Source: an uncultured Myxococcales bacterium | GTDB lineage: Bacteria; Myxococcota_A; Bradymonadia; UBA4248 | Assembly: GCA_945875805.1 (NCBI GenBank) | Contig: CAMCLY010000001.1 | Span: forward strand, 197-64,196 | Length of the DNA: 64,000 bases | Direction of reading: 5' to 3' | In this document: in pieces, positions 52,414 to 61,236 of the stretch | How positions within the stretch are numbered: position 1 is the stretch's first letter | Layout: each line of letters opens with the position of its first letter | Translations under genes and position numbers: made by a program | Notes under the pieces: generated by a model | Told to the model about the DNA's origin: nothing | Databases searched by the model: none | The model's input: only the letters and a program-made list of their open reading frames with translations

Positions 52414-54930
52414 TTATTTGGAAAGAATGACGACGGTCCGGGGCTGGGCTTCATAAGCGTCGGTCACCGTGGCCGGATCGGAATAATAGACGTTGTAGGA
52501 GCGTGACGTGTCGGCCTGCTGGCTGAGGAAGTCGCTGGTGTCGTAGAAGCGCTGGGTGTCGACGCGGACTTTCCATTCGCCCTCGGGGAGGACGAAGGTT
52601 TTCTTATCGTATGTGCTCATGTTGATGATGACAAAGAGGGCCGGGGTGTCATCGGTCTGGGAATAGGACATGGCGACGGCTTTGCCGTTCCAGTTGTTCT
52701 CCTCCCCGGTGGGCCACCACCAGTCAAAGGAGGCGCCGTATTCGGTTGGAGCCAGAAATGCCCGGAAATCTTTGCGCAACTTGATGAGGGAGCGCACAAA
52801 ATCATGCATGCGGACGTTGGCGGATGAGGAAGTCCAGTCGCCCCATCGGAACCAGTTGTATTCGTTGTCGGCGGAGTCGGAGTACGCGTTGTTGTTGCCG
52901 AGCTGGGTGCGCATGTATTCGTCGCCGCCGAGGATGAGCGGAGAGCCGTGGCTGACCATGAGCAGGGCAAAGAAGTTGCGGATCATCTGGCGTTTGAGCC
53001 CTTCCAGAGAAGGATCGTAACATTTGCCGTCGCTTCCCGTGTTGTATCCCTGGTTATAGGAGTCGCCGCTCCCCGTGGCGCACCAGTTGCGGGAGTCGTT
53101 GTGGTCTTCGCCGCTCGAACGATCGCAGAACGCATTGTAGGCCTGGTCGCAACAAATGGGATTGAGTTTGCCGCAGTCGTTCTGTTTGTTCCAATAGGTG
53201 ACGAGGTCGTAAAGGGTAAATCCGTCATGGACGGTAATGAGGTTGACCGAGTTGTACGGACGCCGTCCGTCGTCGCCAAAGAGTTCCGACGAACCGGTGA
53301 GCATGTTGCCAAGCGAGAGCTTTTGTTCCCAGTTGGGTGGAACGGAGTCCTGGGAGGACAAGGTGTAATCGTCGTTGTTGACGAATCGTCTCATCATGTC
53401 ACGGAAACGCCCGTTCCACTCGCTCCACGCGTAACCTTCCTTATTGTTGGACTGTGGAAAACCGCCGATGGCGTAGTGTCCGACGTCCCAGGGTTCGGCG
53501 ATGAAGCGCGTGTTGTATTTCTGCAAAACCTCGTCGTCGATGATGTCCTGGAGTACGGTATTTTTGACGGTATTGAACCATGCGTTCAGGTCGGCATAAG
53601 GGTTGGCGTCGGAGACGCCAAGGATGGACGCCAGGTCAAAGCGGAACCCGTCGACGTGCATCTCTTCGACCCAGAACCGGAGGTTGTCGATGATGAACGA
53701 ACGGAAGGGTTCGGCGTTGGTGCGCAACTGGTTGCCGACGCCCGTCTGGTCGAGATACCCCGCCTTGGGATTGTCGTCGAGCGTGGTGAGGTGGTAATAG
53801 GCGGCGTTGTCGAGGCCTCGCCATGAGTAGATCGTCGCGGCGGTTTTGTCGTCAAAGTTGGCATAGTCGCCGTATGAAAAATCGCTGGACTGAACCCGGC
53901 TCCGCCAGAATCCGCCTTCGCCGGTGTGGTTGTAGACGATGTCCAGCACGACTTCGATGCCGTGCTGGTGGAGCTGATCGACCATCCATTTGAACTCGTC
54001 GTGCGGGCCGTTGATTTTTTTGGTCTCGTAACTGAACCGCTGTTCGGGGGCAAAATACGCGATGGTGTTGTAGCCCCAGTAGGTGCCGTCGTCGGGTTTT
54101 TCAAACACCGGCATGAGTTCGACGGCGGTGATGCCCAGATCGGCCAGGTAGGCGGCTTTTTCGCCGATCCCGCGGAAGGTGCCCGGGGCCGTGACGTCGA
54201 GCGCCTTGGCCGTAAAGCCTTTGGGATGGACCTCGTAATAGATGGCGTCGTTGATGCCATGGCCCTTGTGATTGCCGCTCATGCGCTGCTGGCGCCACTC
54301 TGTTTCGTGGTCACTCCACGTGTATTCGCTTTTGATGACGACGGATTTGGAGGCGGCGCCCCAGGTCGAGATGTCGCGCGCGGTGCCGGAGGCGGGGTTT
54401 CCTTTTGTCCAATCGAAATCCCTGTGGGTGCGCCGGGCGTAAGGATCGATGAGGAGTTTGTTGGGATTGAAGCGGTTGCCCTGTTCGTCACAGTCGGTGA
54501 TGAACCCCTTGGCCGTTCCCGGTTTGAACGCCGGGTCATAGGGCCAGTTGGGCCCCCAGGCGATATATCCGTAATGCTGCCCGACGCCGATGCCGGCGAT
54601 ATAAATCGACCAGAGATTCGTGCCCTCCTGACGGGTCATGGGGAAACGCATGGTGGGAAGGTTGGATTCGGGATCGTCAAAGAGCAGGATTTCAATGCGC
54701 GTCGCGTGTTCGGAGTACACGACAAAGTTGACGCCCTTGTCGACAATCGTCGGCCCCATATATTTTTTGAGGGCTTTTGCGTCGAGCTGTGCGTATGAAG
54801 GGGCAATCGCGTGGGTTGCGTACATCTGCGTCGTCGAATTGGAGGAGTCATCGCATCCCATGCTGAGAAGCGATGCCAACCCCAGGGCAAGCCACGCCGA
54901 TCGAATGCCGCGAAAACGGTTCCTTTTCAT
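52414..54930 (-). CDS. Pullulanase/isoamylase-type debranching enzyme (GH13 with an N-terminal CBM48-like domain), a lipoprotein.
   Basis: The lipobox is LLSMGC. The GH13 regions are YNHTGEGG, GFRFDLASIL, EPWD and VHDGFTLYDLV. Confidence 0.8.
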   Translation of the reverse strand: MKRNRFRGIRSAWLALGLASLLSMGCDDSSNSTTQMYATHAIAPSYAQLDAKALKKYMGPTIVDKGVNFVVYSEHATRIEILLFDDPESNLPTMRFPMTRQEGTNLWSIYIAGIGVGQHYGYIAWGPNWPYDPAFKPGTAKGFITDCDEQGNRFNPNKLLIDPYARRTHRDFDWTKGNPASGTARDISTWGAASKSVVIKSEYTWSDHETEWRQQRMSGNHKGHGINDAIYYEVHPKGFTAKALDVTAPGTFRGIGEKAAYLADLGITAVELMPVFEKPDDGTYWGYNTIAYFAPEQRFSYETKKINGPHDEFKWMVDQLHQHGIEVVLDIVYNHTGEGGFWRSRVQSSDFSYGDYANFDDKTAATIYSWRGLDNAAYYHLTTLDDNPKAGYLDQTGVGNQLRTNAEPFRSFIIDNLRFWVEEMHVDGFRFDLASILGVSDANPYADLNAWFNTVKNTVLQDIIDDEVLQKYNTRFIAEPWDVGHYAIGGFPQSNNKEGYAWSEWNGRFRDMMRRFVNNDDYTLSSQDSVPPNWEQKLSLGNMLTGSSELFGDDGRRPYNSVNLITVHDGFTLYDLVTYWNKQNDCGKLNPICCDQAYNAFCDRSSGEDHNDSRNWCATGSGDSYNQGYNTGSDGKCYDPSLEGLKRQMIRNFFALLMVSHGSPLILGGDEYMRTQLGNNNAYSDSADNEYNWFRWGDWTSSSANVRMHDFVRSLIKLRKDFRAFLAPTEYGASFDWWWPTGEENNWNGKAVAMSYSQTDDTPALFVIINMSTYDKKTFVLPEGEWKVRVDTQRFYDTSDFLSQQADTSRSYNVYYSDPATVTDAYEAQPRTVVILSK

Positions 54931-55079
54931 GATCCTTTCCTCCTCGTCATGGCGTCCGGATACAAAAAGAAAATCGGACGCGCGCGCTATCTACACGAAA
55001 GTTTGCGTTTTCACAAACCCCCATGGGAGGCCATTTCCTCGGATTGTTTCAAAATTTGCCCCAACGCCGTGCGGGCTTT

Positions 55080-55592
55080 ATGGAAAACGGCGATGAAACC
55101 GGTCTCTCCAAGCCACGGAGAAATGCGCCGGTTTTCCTGTGTGGGGGATTTGTCGTGAAGCCGTTCTGTCTATCTTCATGGAAAGTGGGTCTGGGTCTTC
55201 TGGCCTTCGTGGCCTGGTGTGGTGCCGGTTGCAGTCCAAAATCGGAGCCTTCGTGCACCAATCTCAGCGACTCGACGGAATTCATGGAACGCCATCTCGA
55301 AGCGTTTGCCGTCGAACTCGAACGCCATCCCGATCCCGAGGCCGCGTTGTCGCGCCTGGAAGCCGTTCATCGTCTCCATGCGTCGCAGCTCGAAACCTGC
55401 GGCGGCATCGTGGCCGAGGCGTTTCGCCAGATGTCCCCCGAAGCCGTGATGCGACACCATGAGGTGTTTATCGGTGATGCGCGCGTCCGCCGTTTTCTCG
55501 ATGCCCAGGACCGGTTTAACGAATCCGCCCCGGCGCCCCTCGTCGAGCGCCTCGATGACCTTCTCGATCCCCTGTTCCTTCTGTCCGAGTGA
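55080..55592 (+). CDS. Hypothetical lipoprotein. The start is uncertain (ATG 55080 or GTG 55155).
   Basis: The candidate signal is ...LGLLAFVAWCGAGCS. The frame is strongly GC3-biased, which rules out the antisense 55176-55682 ORF. Confidence 0.4.
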   Translation: MENGDETGLSKPRRNAPVFLCGGFVVKPFCLSSWKVGLGLLAFVAWCGAGCSPKSEPSCTNLSDSTEFMERHLEAFAVELERHPDPEAALSRLEAVHRLHASQLETCGGIVAEAFRQMSPEAVMRHHEVFIGDARVRRFLDAQDRFNESAPAPLVERLDDLLDPLFLLSE

Positions 55593-55635
55593 CGACGCGG
55601 TTGGGACGGATACTCGCCATTTTTTTGGAGGGGTG

Positions 55636-55745
55636 TGTGGGGGAAGTGTCCCCCCAACGCGGCTATTTCGGCTTCGCCTCAATACGCCGCGCCCCCCTCT
55701 CCCCCTCCCCCGGCCCCTCCCCTGCAGGGAGGGGGGGCCGGGTCT
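55636..55745. repeat. Composite intergenic repeat, copy B (GGGGGAAGTGTCCCCCC; degenerate REP hairpin; C-rich tract; CCCTCCCctgcagGGAGGG hairpin).
   Basis: Its layout is parallel to 22870-22990. The distal hairpin has compensatory substitutions. Confidence 0.7.
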
Positions 55746-55782
55746 CTTCCTGCCGGTACTTTTTTCTTCACTTTGATGTGTT

Positions 55783-56439
55783 ATGACACCCCTGGAACTT
55801 GCTCAGCACCTTGAAAATACCGGAAATTTTGTGGAATCTTTAAAGATTTACCGCGAGATCTATGTCCAAAATCCGGGGGATGAGGACGCTCTGCTGGGCA
55901 TCGCCAACTGTGCCCTGGCCATGGATGTCCTCCCGACGGCCCTTGAGTTTTATGTGAAACTCCTGATTTGCAATCACGACAATCCGTGGGGGTATCTTGG
56001 GCGCGCGATGGTGTTGTTCCGTTATGACCAGGACGAACGCGCGCTGAGCGATGTGGCGTCTGCCATTGCGCTTGACAACCCGGCGAGCGCGTTGCGGATC
56101 GATGTGGCGGCGGCGCTGAATGAGAGCGGGTATGTGCGCCAGGCGTTTGAGGCATTGCGGCCGTTGCGCGGAACGCACATGGAAGACGGGGATTTTCGTG
56201 CGGAATGGGGATTTTCGGCGGTGGCGCTGGGGCGGGAGTCGGAATTTTCGTCGCTGAAGGACGCGTTTACACGGGACGCGCAGGACGATCCTTTTTACGG
56301 GATGTGCCTCGATGCGGCGGCGGCACGAGGCGGAGATCTCTCCGCCTTTGAGCGTCTTGAGGGGCTTTCCGCGAGTGACGACGAGCTTGCCTGCCGCGCG
56401 TCCGTGTTGCTGGACGCACTGGTGGACGGGAAAAAATAG
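55783..56439 (+). CDS. TPR-repeat protein.
   Basis: The 218-aa ORF has repeated about 34-aa helical hairpins (A..Y..L....P.D..AL.G.A) characteristic of TPR. Confidence 0.5.
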   Translation: MTPLELAQHLENTGNFVESLKIYREIYVQNPGDEDALLGIANCALAMDVLPTALEFYVKLLICNHDNPWGYLGRAMVLFRYDQDERALSDVASAIALDNPASALRIDVAAALNESGYVRQAFEALRPLRGTHMEDGDFRAEWGFSAVALGRESEFSSLKDAFTRDAQDDPFYGMCLDAAAARGGDLSAFERLEGLSASDDELACRASVLLDALVDGKK

Positions 56440-56441
56440 GG

Positions 56442-56514
56442 GCGAGCGCGTATCTGGCCGGAGGGCAGATAGCGCGAGCGGCGGGGCGTATCCGCCCCCG
56501 GCGGATAGCCCGCC
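56442..56514. repeat. Tandem pair of REP-like hairpins (CGCGTATCTGGCC-ggag-GGCAGATAGCGCG; GGCGTATCCGCCC-ccg-GCGGATAGCCCGCC).
   Basis: Read directly. Confidence 0.75.
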
Positions 56515-56701
56515 TCATGCAGAATCCGCGATAAAAAGCGAAGCGTTTCGGACGTATGTCGAATTTTTGAAGAGGCGGGGCCGTTTTTTAAAAAAAGTCC
56601 CATACAGAGTCGGACGGACGAAACAGTTTCCGCGTTGCGCGGGTTGGGAATCTTTGCCATACTTATAAGGATTATTCCTTTTTTGTGGCACGGAGGAAAA
56701 G

Positions 56702-59047
56702 ATGCAAAGAGAACGAATTATCGCATGTTTGATGGCGTCGGCGTGTGCCCTGGGCATTTCTGGGCAGGCGGAAGCGGTGTCGATATGTCTGGATCCCGGG
56801 CACGGCGGGAGCGATCCCGGTGCGGTGGGATGCAATCTTCAGGAGGCGGAACGGACGCTTTACACGTGCAATCTGCTCAAGCCGTTGCTCGAAAAGGCGG
56901 GATACACCGTGTACATGACGCGGACGTCGAATGTGTCGGTGGGGTTGTCGGCGCGTGCTTCGTATGCGAACAGCAAGGGGGTGACGACGTTTGCAAGCAT
57001 TCACAACAATGCGTACAACGGGTCGGCGACGGGGATTGAGACGTATTGCTACACGAACAATCTGTCGAAAAATAGCGGCACGCAGGCGAAGAATATCCAG
57101 AACGAGATGGTGAAGGTCTGGCCGCTGACGAATCGCGGGGCGAAGGAGGCGAATTTTGCGGTGGTTCGCGAGACGAACATGCCAGCGACGCTTTCGGAGC
57201 TTGCGTTTATCGACAACTGCTCGAAGGATGCGCCGTATCTGGCGTCGGCGTCGCACCAGCTCAACGCGGCGCGAGCGCATTGCCGTGGCATCGTGGCCAA
57301 ATGGGGCGGCACGGCGAGTGCCTGCGAGGGGAGTGCAAGCGGAGGCGGGGACACGCCGTCGACGAGCACGGGCAAGGTGATGGCGGGCACGTTTGAGAAC
57401 ACGCTGGATCCGGCGACGCGCACGTGGCTTGGCGGGGTGAAATACACGATAGGTTCTCAGTCGCAGACGACGGGAACGGCCGAGAATTCGTTTGTGACGT
57501 TTACGCTTAACACGTGTTCGTCGTTTACGGCGACGGCGTCCAAGAGCGGGTATACGACGGCGTCGCGTTCGGACTGCGGTGCGGTGACGGCGGGCAACAC
57601 GACGTGGTGTTCGATAGCGCTCGTCAAGTCGACGCCGGAACCGCCTGCCAACGGCAAGGCGGAAGGTGCGGTCAAAAATGCCGCGACGTCCGCCAACGTG
57701 GCGGGCGCCAAGGTGACGGTCAAAAACGGCGCGTCGGTGACGTACAACGGAACGTCCAACTGGTCATTCTCGCTTCAGCCCGGCGACTACCAGATTATCG
57801 CCACGGCCGACGGCTATGATGACGGCGAGATTACGTGCCATGTCGAGTCGAACAAGACGTCGGACTGCACGATTACGATCATTCCGCAAAAGGGCAAACT
57901 GACGGGGACGGTGACGGATGGCACGTCGTCGATTGCGGCGACGGTGACGGTGGGAACTCAGACCGTGGCCTATAATGGCACCGACAAGTGGGTCGTGATG
58001 GTCGATGCGGGCACGCATGTGGTGTCGGCCAAGGCCGACGGGTATGTGGCGAGCACGCAGTCGTGTACGGTTGCCGAAGGCAAAACGTCGGAATGCAACA
58101 TTGTGCTCCAAAAAGAGGCTCCCAAACTCGGTCAGTTGAGTTGCGTGATTCGCGACAAGGCGTCGAACGACCCGATTTCCGGCTCGTTGGCTGTGGGTGA
58201 GCAGACGGGGGTGTATACGGGCGACACGCCGTTTATTTTCAACCTGACGGGCGGGACGCACACGGTCACGGCGTCGGCGGAAGGCTACATCAGTGGGTCG
58301 GTTGAGTATGAAGTCGTGCCCGAGCAGTCGACGGATTGCGTCGTCAAACTGTCTCCGAAAGCTGGGACGCTGGTGGGCAGTCTCGTCGATGCGTTGACGG
58401 GCGAGGCCATTGGTGAGGAACACGAGGCCCAGGTGAAGGTGGTTGGCCAGGATATGGAAATCGAGGTTGGGGCGGACGGCAGCTGGACGGTGGACAACCT
58501 TCCGGCGGGCACCTATTCGATCGAAGTCGTCGCCGACGGCTACCAGCCGATCACGTCGTCCTGCACGGTGTTGCCGGGCAACGTCGAATCGCCGTGCGAA
58601 ATCCGTCTGGTCGGGGTGGATACGCCGGTGGGGCACATGAGGGGGATTGTGTACGACTCCCGCAGCCGTTCCCTGCTCATTCCCGCGACGGTTCAGATTC
58701 AGGGGTTTGCGCCTGCCGAATATCCCGGTACGGGCAAGTGGCTTTTGGAAAACCTCCCCGCCGGGGTGTACAGCGTGTCTGCGACGTCGAAGGGGTATTA
58801 CAGCGCGACCAAATCGTGCAAGGTGTACGAGGGCGAGACGTCCAACTGCGATCTGGCGTTGGCCAATATCGAAACGCAGTGGGAGGTGGAGTCTTCGGAG
58901 CCCGAGGTTTCGGTACAGGAGCTGTCGGATTCGTGTTCGGCCATTCCGCAGCGCGACAGCCGCGTTCCGTTCGGTTTCCTTGCGATGTTCGCCGGCGCGC
59001 TTGCCGCGCTTGGATGGCGTCGGCGTCGCGGTCAGCTTGATCACTAA
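56702..59047 (+). CDS. N-acetylmuramoyl-L-alanine amidase (Amidase_3) fused to 7 Ig-like/carboxypeptidase-regulatory-like repeats and a MYXO-CTERM-like C-terminal anchor.
   Basis: The N-terminal signal and ICLDPGHGGSDPGAVG amidase motif are present. Seven roughly 85-aa repeats end ...GY.....C.V.EG.TS.C.I.L. The C-terminus is DSCSAIPQRDSRVPFGFLAMFAGALAALGWRRRRGQLDH. Confidence 0.75.
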   Translation: MQRERIIACLMASACALGISGQAEAVSICLDPGHGGSDPGAVGCNLQEAERTLYTCNLLKPLLEKAGYTVYMTRTSNVSVGLSARASYANSKGVTTFASIHNNAYNGSATGIETYCYTNNLSKNSGTQAKNIQNEMVKVWPLTNRGAKEANFAVVRETNMPATLSELAFIDNCSKDAPYLASASHQLNAARAHCRGIVAKWGGTASACEGSASGGGDTPSTSTGKVMAGTFENTLDPATRTWLGGVKYTIGSQSQTTGTAENSFVTFTLNTCSSFTATASKSGYTTASRSDCGAVTAGNTTWCSIALVKSTPEPPANGKAEGAVKNAATSANVAGAKVTVKNGASVTYNGTSNWSFSLQPGDYQIIATADGYDDGEITCHVESNKTSDCTITIIPQKGKLTGTVTDGTSSIAATVTVGTQTVAYNGTDKWVVMVDAGTHVVSAKADGYVASTQSCTVAEGKTSECNIVLQKEAPKLGQLSCVIRDKASNDPISGSLAVGEQTGVYTGDTPFIFNLTGGTHTVTASAEGYISGSVEYEVVPEQSTDCVVKLSPKAGTLVGSLVDALTGEAIGEEHEAQVKVVGQDMEIEVGADGSWTVDNLPAGTYSIEVVADGYQPITSSCTVLPGNVESPCEIRLVGVDTPVGHMRGIVYDSRSRSLLIPATVQIQGFAPAEYPGTGKWLLENLPAGVYSVSATSKGYYSATKSCKVYEGETSNCDLALANIETQWEVESSEPEVSVQELSDSCSAIPQRDSRVPFGFLAMFAGALAALGWRRRRGQLDH

Positions 59048-59072
59048 CCCTTATCGATAAAGGAAATGTCCG

Positions 59073-59990
59073 ATGAAGATGAAATGGTTTCAATTCGTAC
59101 TGGCTCTATCGTGCATCGCCAGCAGTGCGGCTTTCCTCCCCTCCGCGTTTGCGCAGGACGCTCAGCCGCGCGACGGCGAGATGGTCAAGATTCGCTTTGA
59201 TGCGCTGTGGAAACTTCAGTATTTGCCCAATGCACCTGTCAGGGATGCGGCGGTCATCGCGCGGGATCTCAAGTCTCCGTCGATCTCTCCCGACGGATCC
59301 CAGGTTGTCATGTTCAAGCGCGGTCTGGACGGCGAGCCCAACGCGCTGTCGCGTTGGTCGCGCGGCGACGTGCAGACCATCGTGCGCGACGAACAGGTTT
59401 CGATGTTCATCACGTGGAATGATGAAAAAAACATCTCTGTGCGTCAGTTTGACAGGCCATTTTTTGAGAATGGCGAAAAGTTGAACTTTACGCTGGATGG
59501 CAAGGGCGCGCGCTTGCGAGATCGGAAGCCGTTGCGTTCGGAAGCCGTCCGTGCGTTTGATGCCGACGACGTCATTCTTCTCGTGCGTCAGGACACGCGT
59601 ACGCTTCAGGCGATTTCGGACACCTCTTCGGATCGGTATTTTGGTCCCGTGGTGTCTCCGGATTCGCGATTTGTGGTGTATAACGGCCTGACGACGGGGG
59701 TTCATTTGTTTGATGTCGAGGCCAACGCCGTCGTGTTTATCGGTCTGCATGGCACCCATCCGACGTTTTCGCCGGACGGGCGTTATCTCATGTATACCGA
59801 CACGCGCGATGACGGTCACACGTTTACTCAGGGGAATCTCGTCGTGATCGACCTGCGAGAAAAAACCTTCCGTTTTGTGTCGAACCCTGACGGCGAAATC
59901 CGCATTCACGGCACGCTGAGCCGTGACGGACGGTTCGTGGCGTACGAAACAGACGATGGACGCATTATGCGGGCCGGCTTGTTCGAGTGA
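59073..59990 (+). CDS. Secreted TolB-like beta-propeller protein.
   Basis: A signal peptide is present. Recurring SPDG / SPDS strands appear (SISPDGSQVVMF, VVSPDSRFVVY, TFSPDGRYLMY, TLSRDGRFVAY). Confidence 0.6.
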   Translation: MKMKWFQFVLALSCIASSAAFLPSAFAQDAQPRDGEMVKIRFDALWKLQYLPNAPVRDAAVIARDLKSPSISPDGSQVVMFKRGLDGEPNALSRWSRGDVQTIVRDEQVSMFITWNDEKNISVRQFDRPFFENGEKLNFTLDGKGARLRDRKPLRSEAVRAFDADDVILLVRQDTRTLQAISDTSSDRYFGPVVSPDSRFVVYNGLTTGVHLFDVEANAVVFIGLHGTHPTFSPDGRYLMYTDTRDDGHTFTQGNLVVIDLREKTFRFVSNPDGEIRIHGTLSRDGRFVAYETDDGRIMRAGLFE

Positions 59991-60019
59991 ACGCTGGGTG
60001 AGAGGGTGATCGTGGTGTG

Positions 60020-60099
60020 CGCGGGCTATCTGCCGGTGGCAGATACGCCTTGCGCGCGGCGCTATCCGCCGGTGGCGGATACGCGCCGCTTTTTTTTTG
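60020..60099 (+). terminator. Tandem REP-like hairpins (GGGCTATCTGCC-ggt-GGCAGATACGCC; GCGGCGCTATCCGCC-ggt-GGCGGATACGCGCCGC) followed by T10. They act as the terminator of the TolB-like gene.
   Basis: The second hairpin is immediately followed by tttttttttt. Confidence 0.5.
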
Positions 60100-60107
60100 T
60101 CTTGGGG

Positions 60108-61034
60108 TTAAAGCGTATACAGATCCGGTTTTTCTTCGGTGATGCGCCGATATTTTTGGGGGTGCAGGGCTCTGTCGAGAATGCCCGGATGGACGATGAA
60201 CGATTTGGTTCGCGTTTCGGTGGGACCGACAGAGAGGCCCATCAGACGTCCGTCGAGGGTGAACATGGGGTATCCGTTTCTCGCCGTATGGTTTGACATG
60301 CCGTAGAGATGGGCGGTGTCGACGTGGAGGACGTGCTGTGTGAGGCTTTCGTAGGGGGTGTTTGGGCTGAGCATGAGATAGGCGTGCGCGGGGATGGGGG
60401 CTTCGGGGTCAAAGGGAAGGACCGCGACGCCGTCGACCTTGGGGTGGGGGGCGGTCGAAAGGACGGCGACGTTTTGCGCATCGTCGCGGTAGTCGAGTTG
60501 TGCGACGACATCGGTGTTGGCGATGCGCACGGTAAACGATGTGCTGCCGGTGAGCCAGTCGGCGGTGGTGAGGTAGTATTGTCGCGAGGCGGAGACATTT
60601 TCTTTGGCCGTCGGCCGACTGGCAAAGGGACTTGAGACGGATTCAAGCCCGCGTCCAAAAAAACTCGTCGGTGGGACGTCTGTGTCGGGGTGAGAATCTC
60701 CGGGTTGTGGGATTTTTTGGAATGCTTCCGGGGGGAGGATGTCCTGGAGGGCGTCGGGCTGGACCGCCGCAGCGGCCCCGTCAAAGGCGAGGCCGTTGCC
60801 GTCATAGGGATGGCTTGGTGTCTGTGAAGCGTGAACGATGAAGACGGCTTTTTCCAGGCGCTTCTGGAGTTTGCCGTGTGCGCTCATGGAGAGCGTGAGA
60901 TCGTCAGCGTGAAGGACGGTTTGGGTGCCGCCACCGGGTGTTTGGGCTTGTGCAGTAGGGATCGCCATAAACAGTATCCCTACTGCGAGCGTGAAGCCGT
61001 TTGTTTGCACAGCCATTCTCCTCACAGCAGACAT
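60108..61034 (-). CDS. Secreted hypothetical protein. An alternative start lies at 61016.
   Basis: The signal is MAVQTNGFTLAVGILFMAIPTAQAQ. No catalytic motif was recognised. Confidence 0.45.
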   Translation of the reverse strand: MSAVRRMAVQTNGFTLAVGILFMAIPTAQAQTPGGGTQTVLHADDLTLSMSAHGKLQKRLEKAVFIVHASQTPSHPYDGNGLAFDGAAAAVQPDALQDILPPEAFQKIPQPGDSHPDTDVPPTSFFGRGLESVSSPFASRPTAKENVSASRQYYLTTADWLTGSTSFTVRIANTDVVAQLDYRDDAQNVAVLSTAPHPKVDGVAVLPFDPEAPIPAHAYLMLSPNTPYESLTQHVLHVDTAHLYGMSNHTARNGYPMFTLDGRLMGLSVGPTETRTKSFIVHPGILDRALHPQKYRRITEEKPDLYTL

Positions 61035-61154
61035 GGCGTATCGCCATGCGCGGTTTTGCGTTTTATGAAGGAGAAACGGGGGGATGGCAACTTTTGGGTC
61101 TTGGGCCGAAACGCGAGGTCTCGTGCGGGCGCTTTAGCGCCCCCAAAAAAGAAA

Positions 61155-61221
61155 GCCGCCGCGTATCGTCCCGCAGGGCGATAGCGGCGGCCGGGCGCGG
61201 CGTATGAAATAGCCGCGCGCC
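61155..61221. repeat. Tandem REP-like hairpins (GCCGCCGCGTATCG-tcccgcag-GGCGATAGCGGCGGC; GGCGCGGCGTAT-gaa-ATAGCCGCGCGCC) 3' of lgt.
   Basis: Read directly. Confidence 0.75.
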
Positions 61222-61236
61222 TCCAAAATGCTTGCG

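Noticed and set aside
55176-55682. A 168-aa minus-strand ORF overlapping the 55080-55592 lipoprotein gene.
   Set aside because: The plus frame shows strong third-position G/C bias and a coherent helical protein. The minus frame is Arg/Gly-rich.
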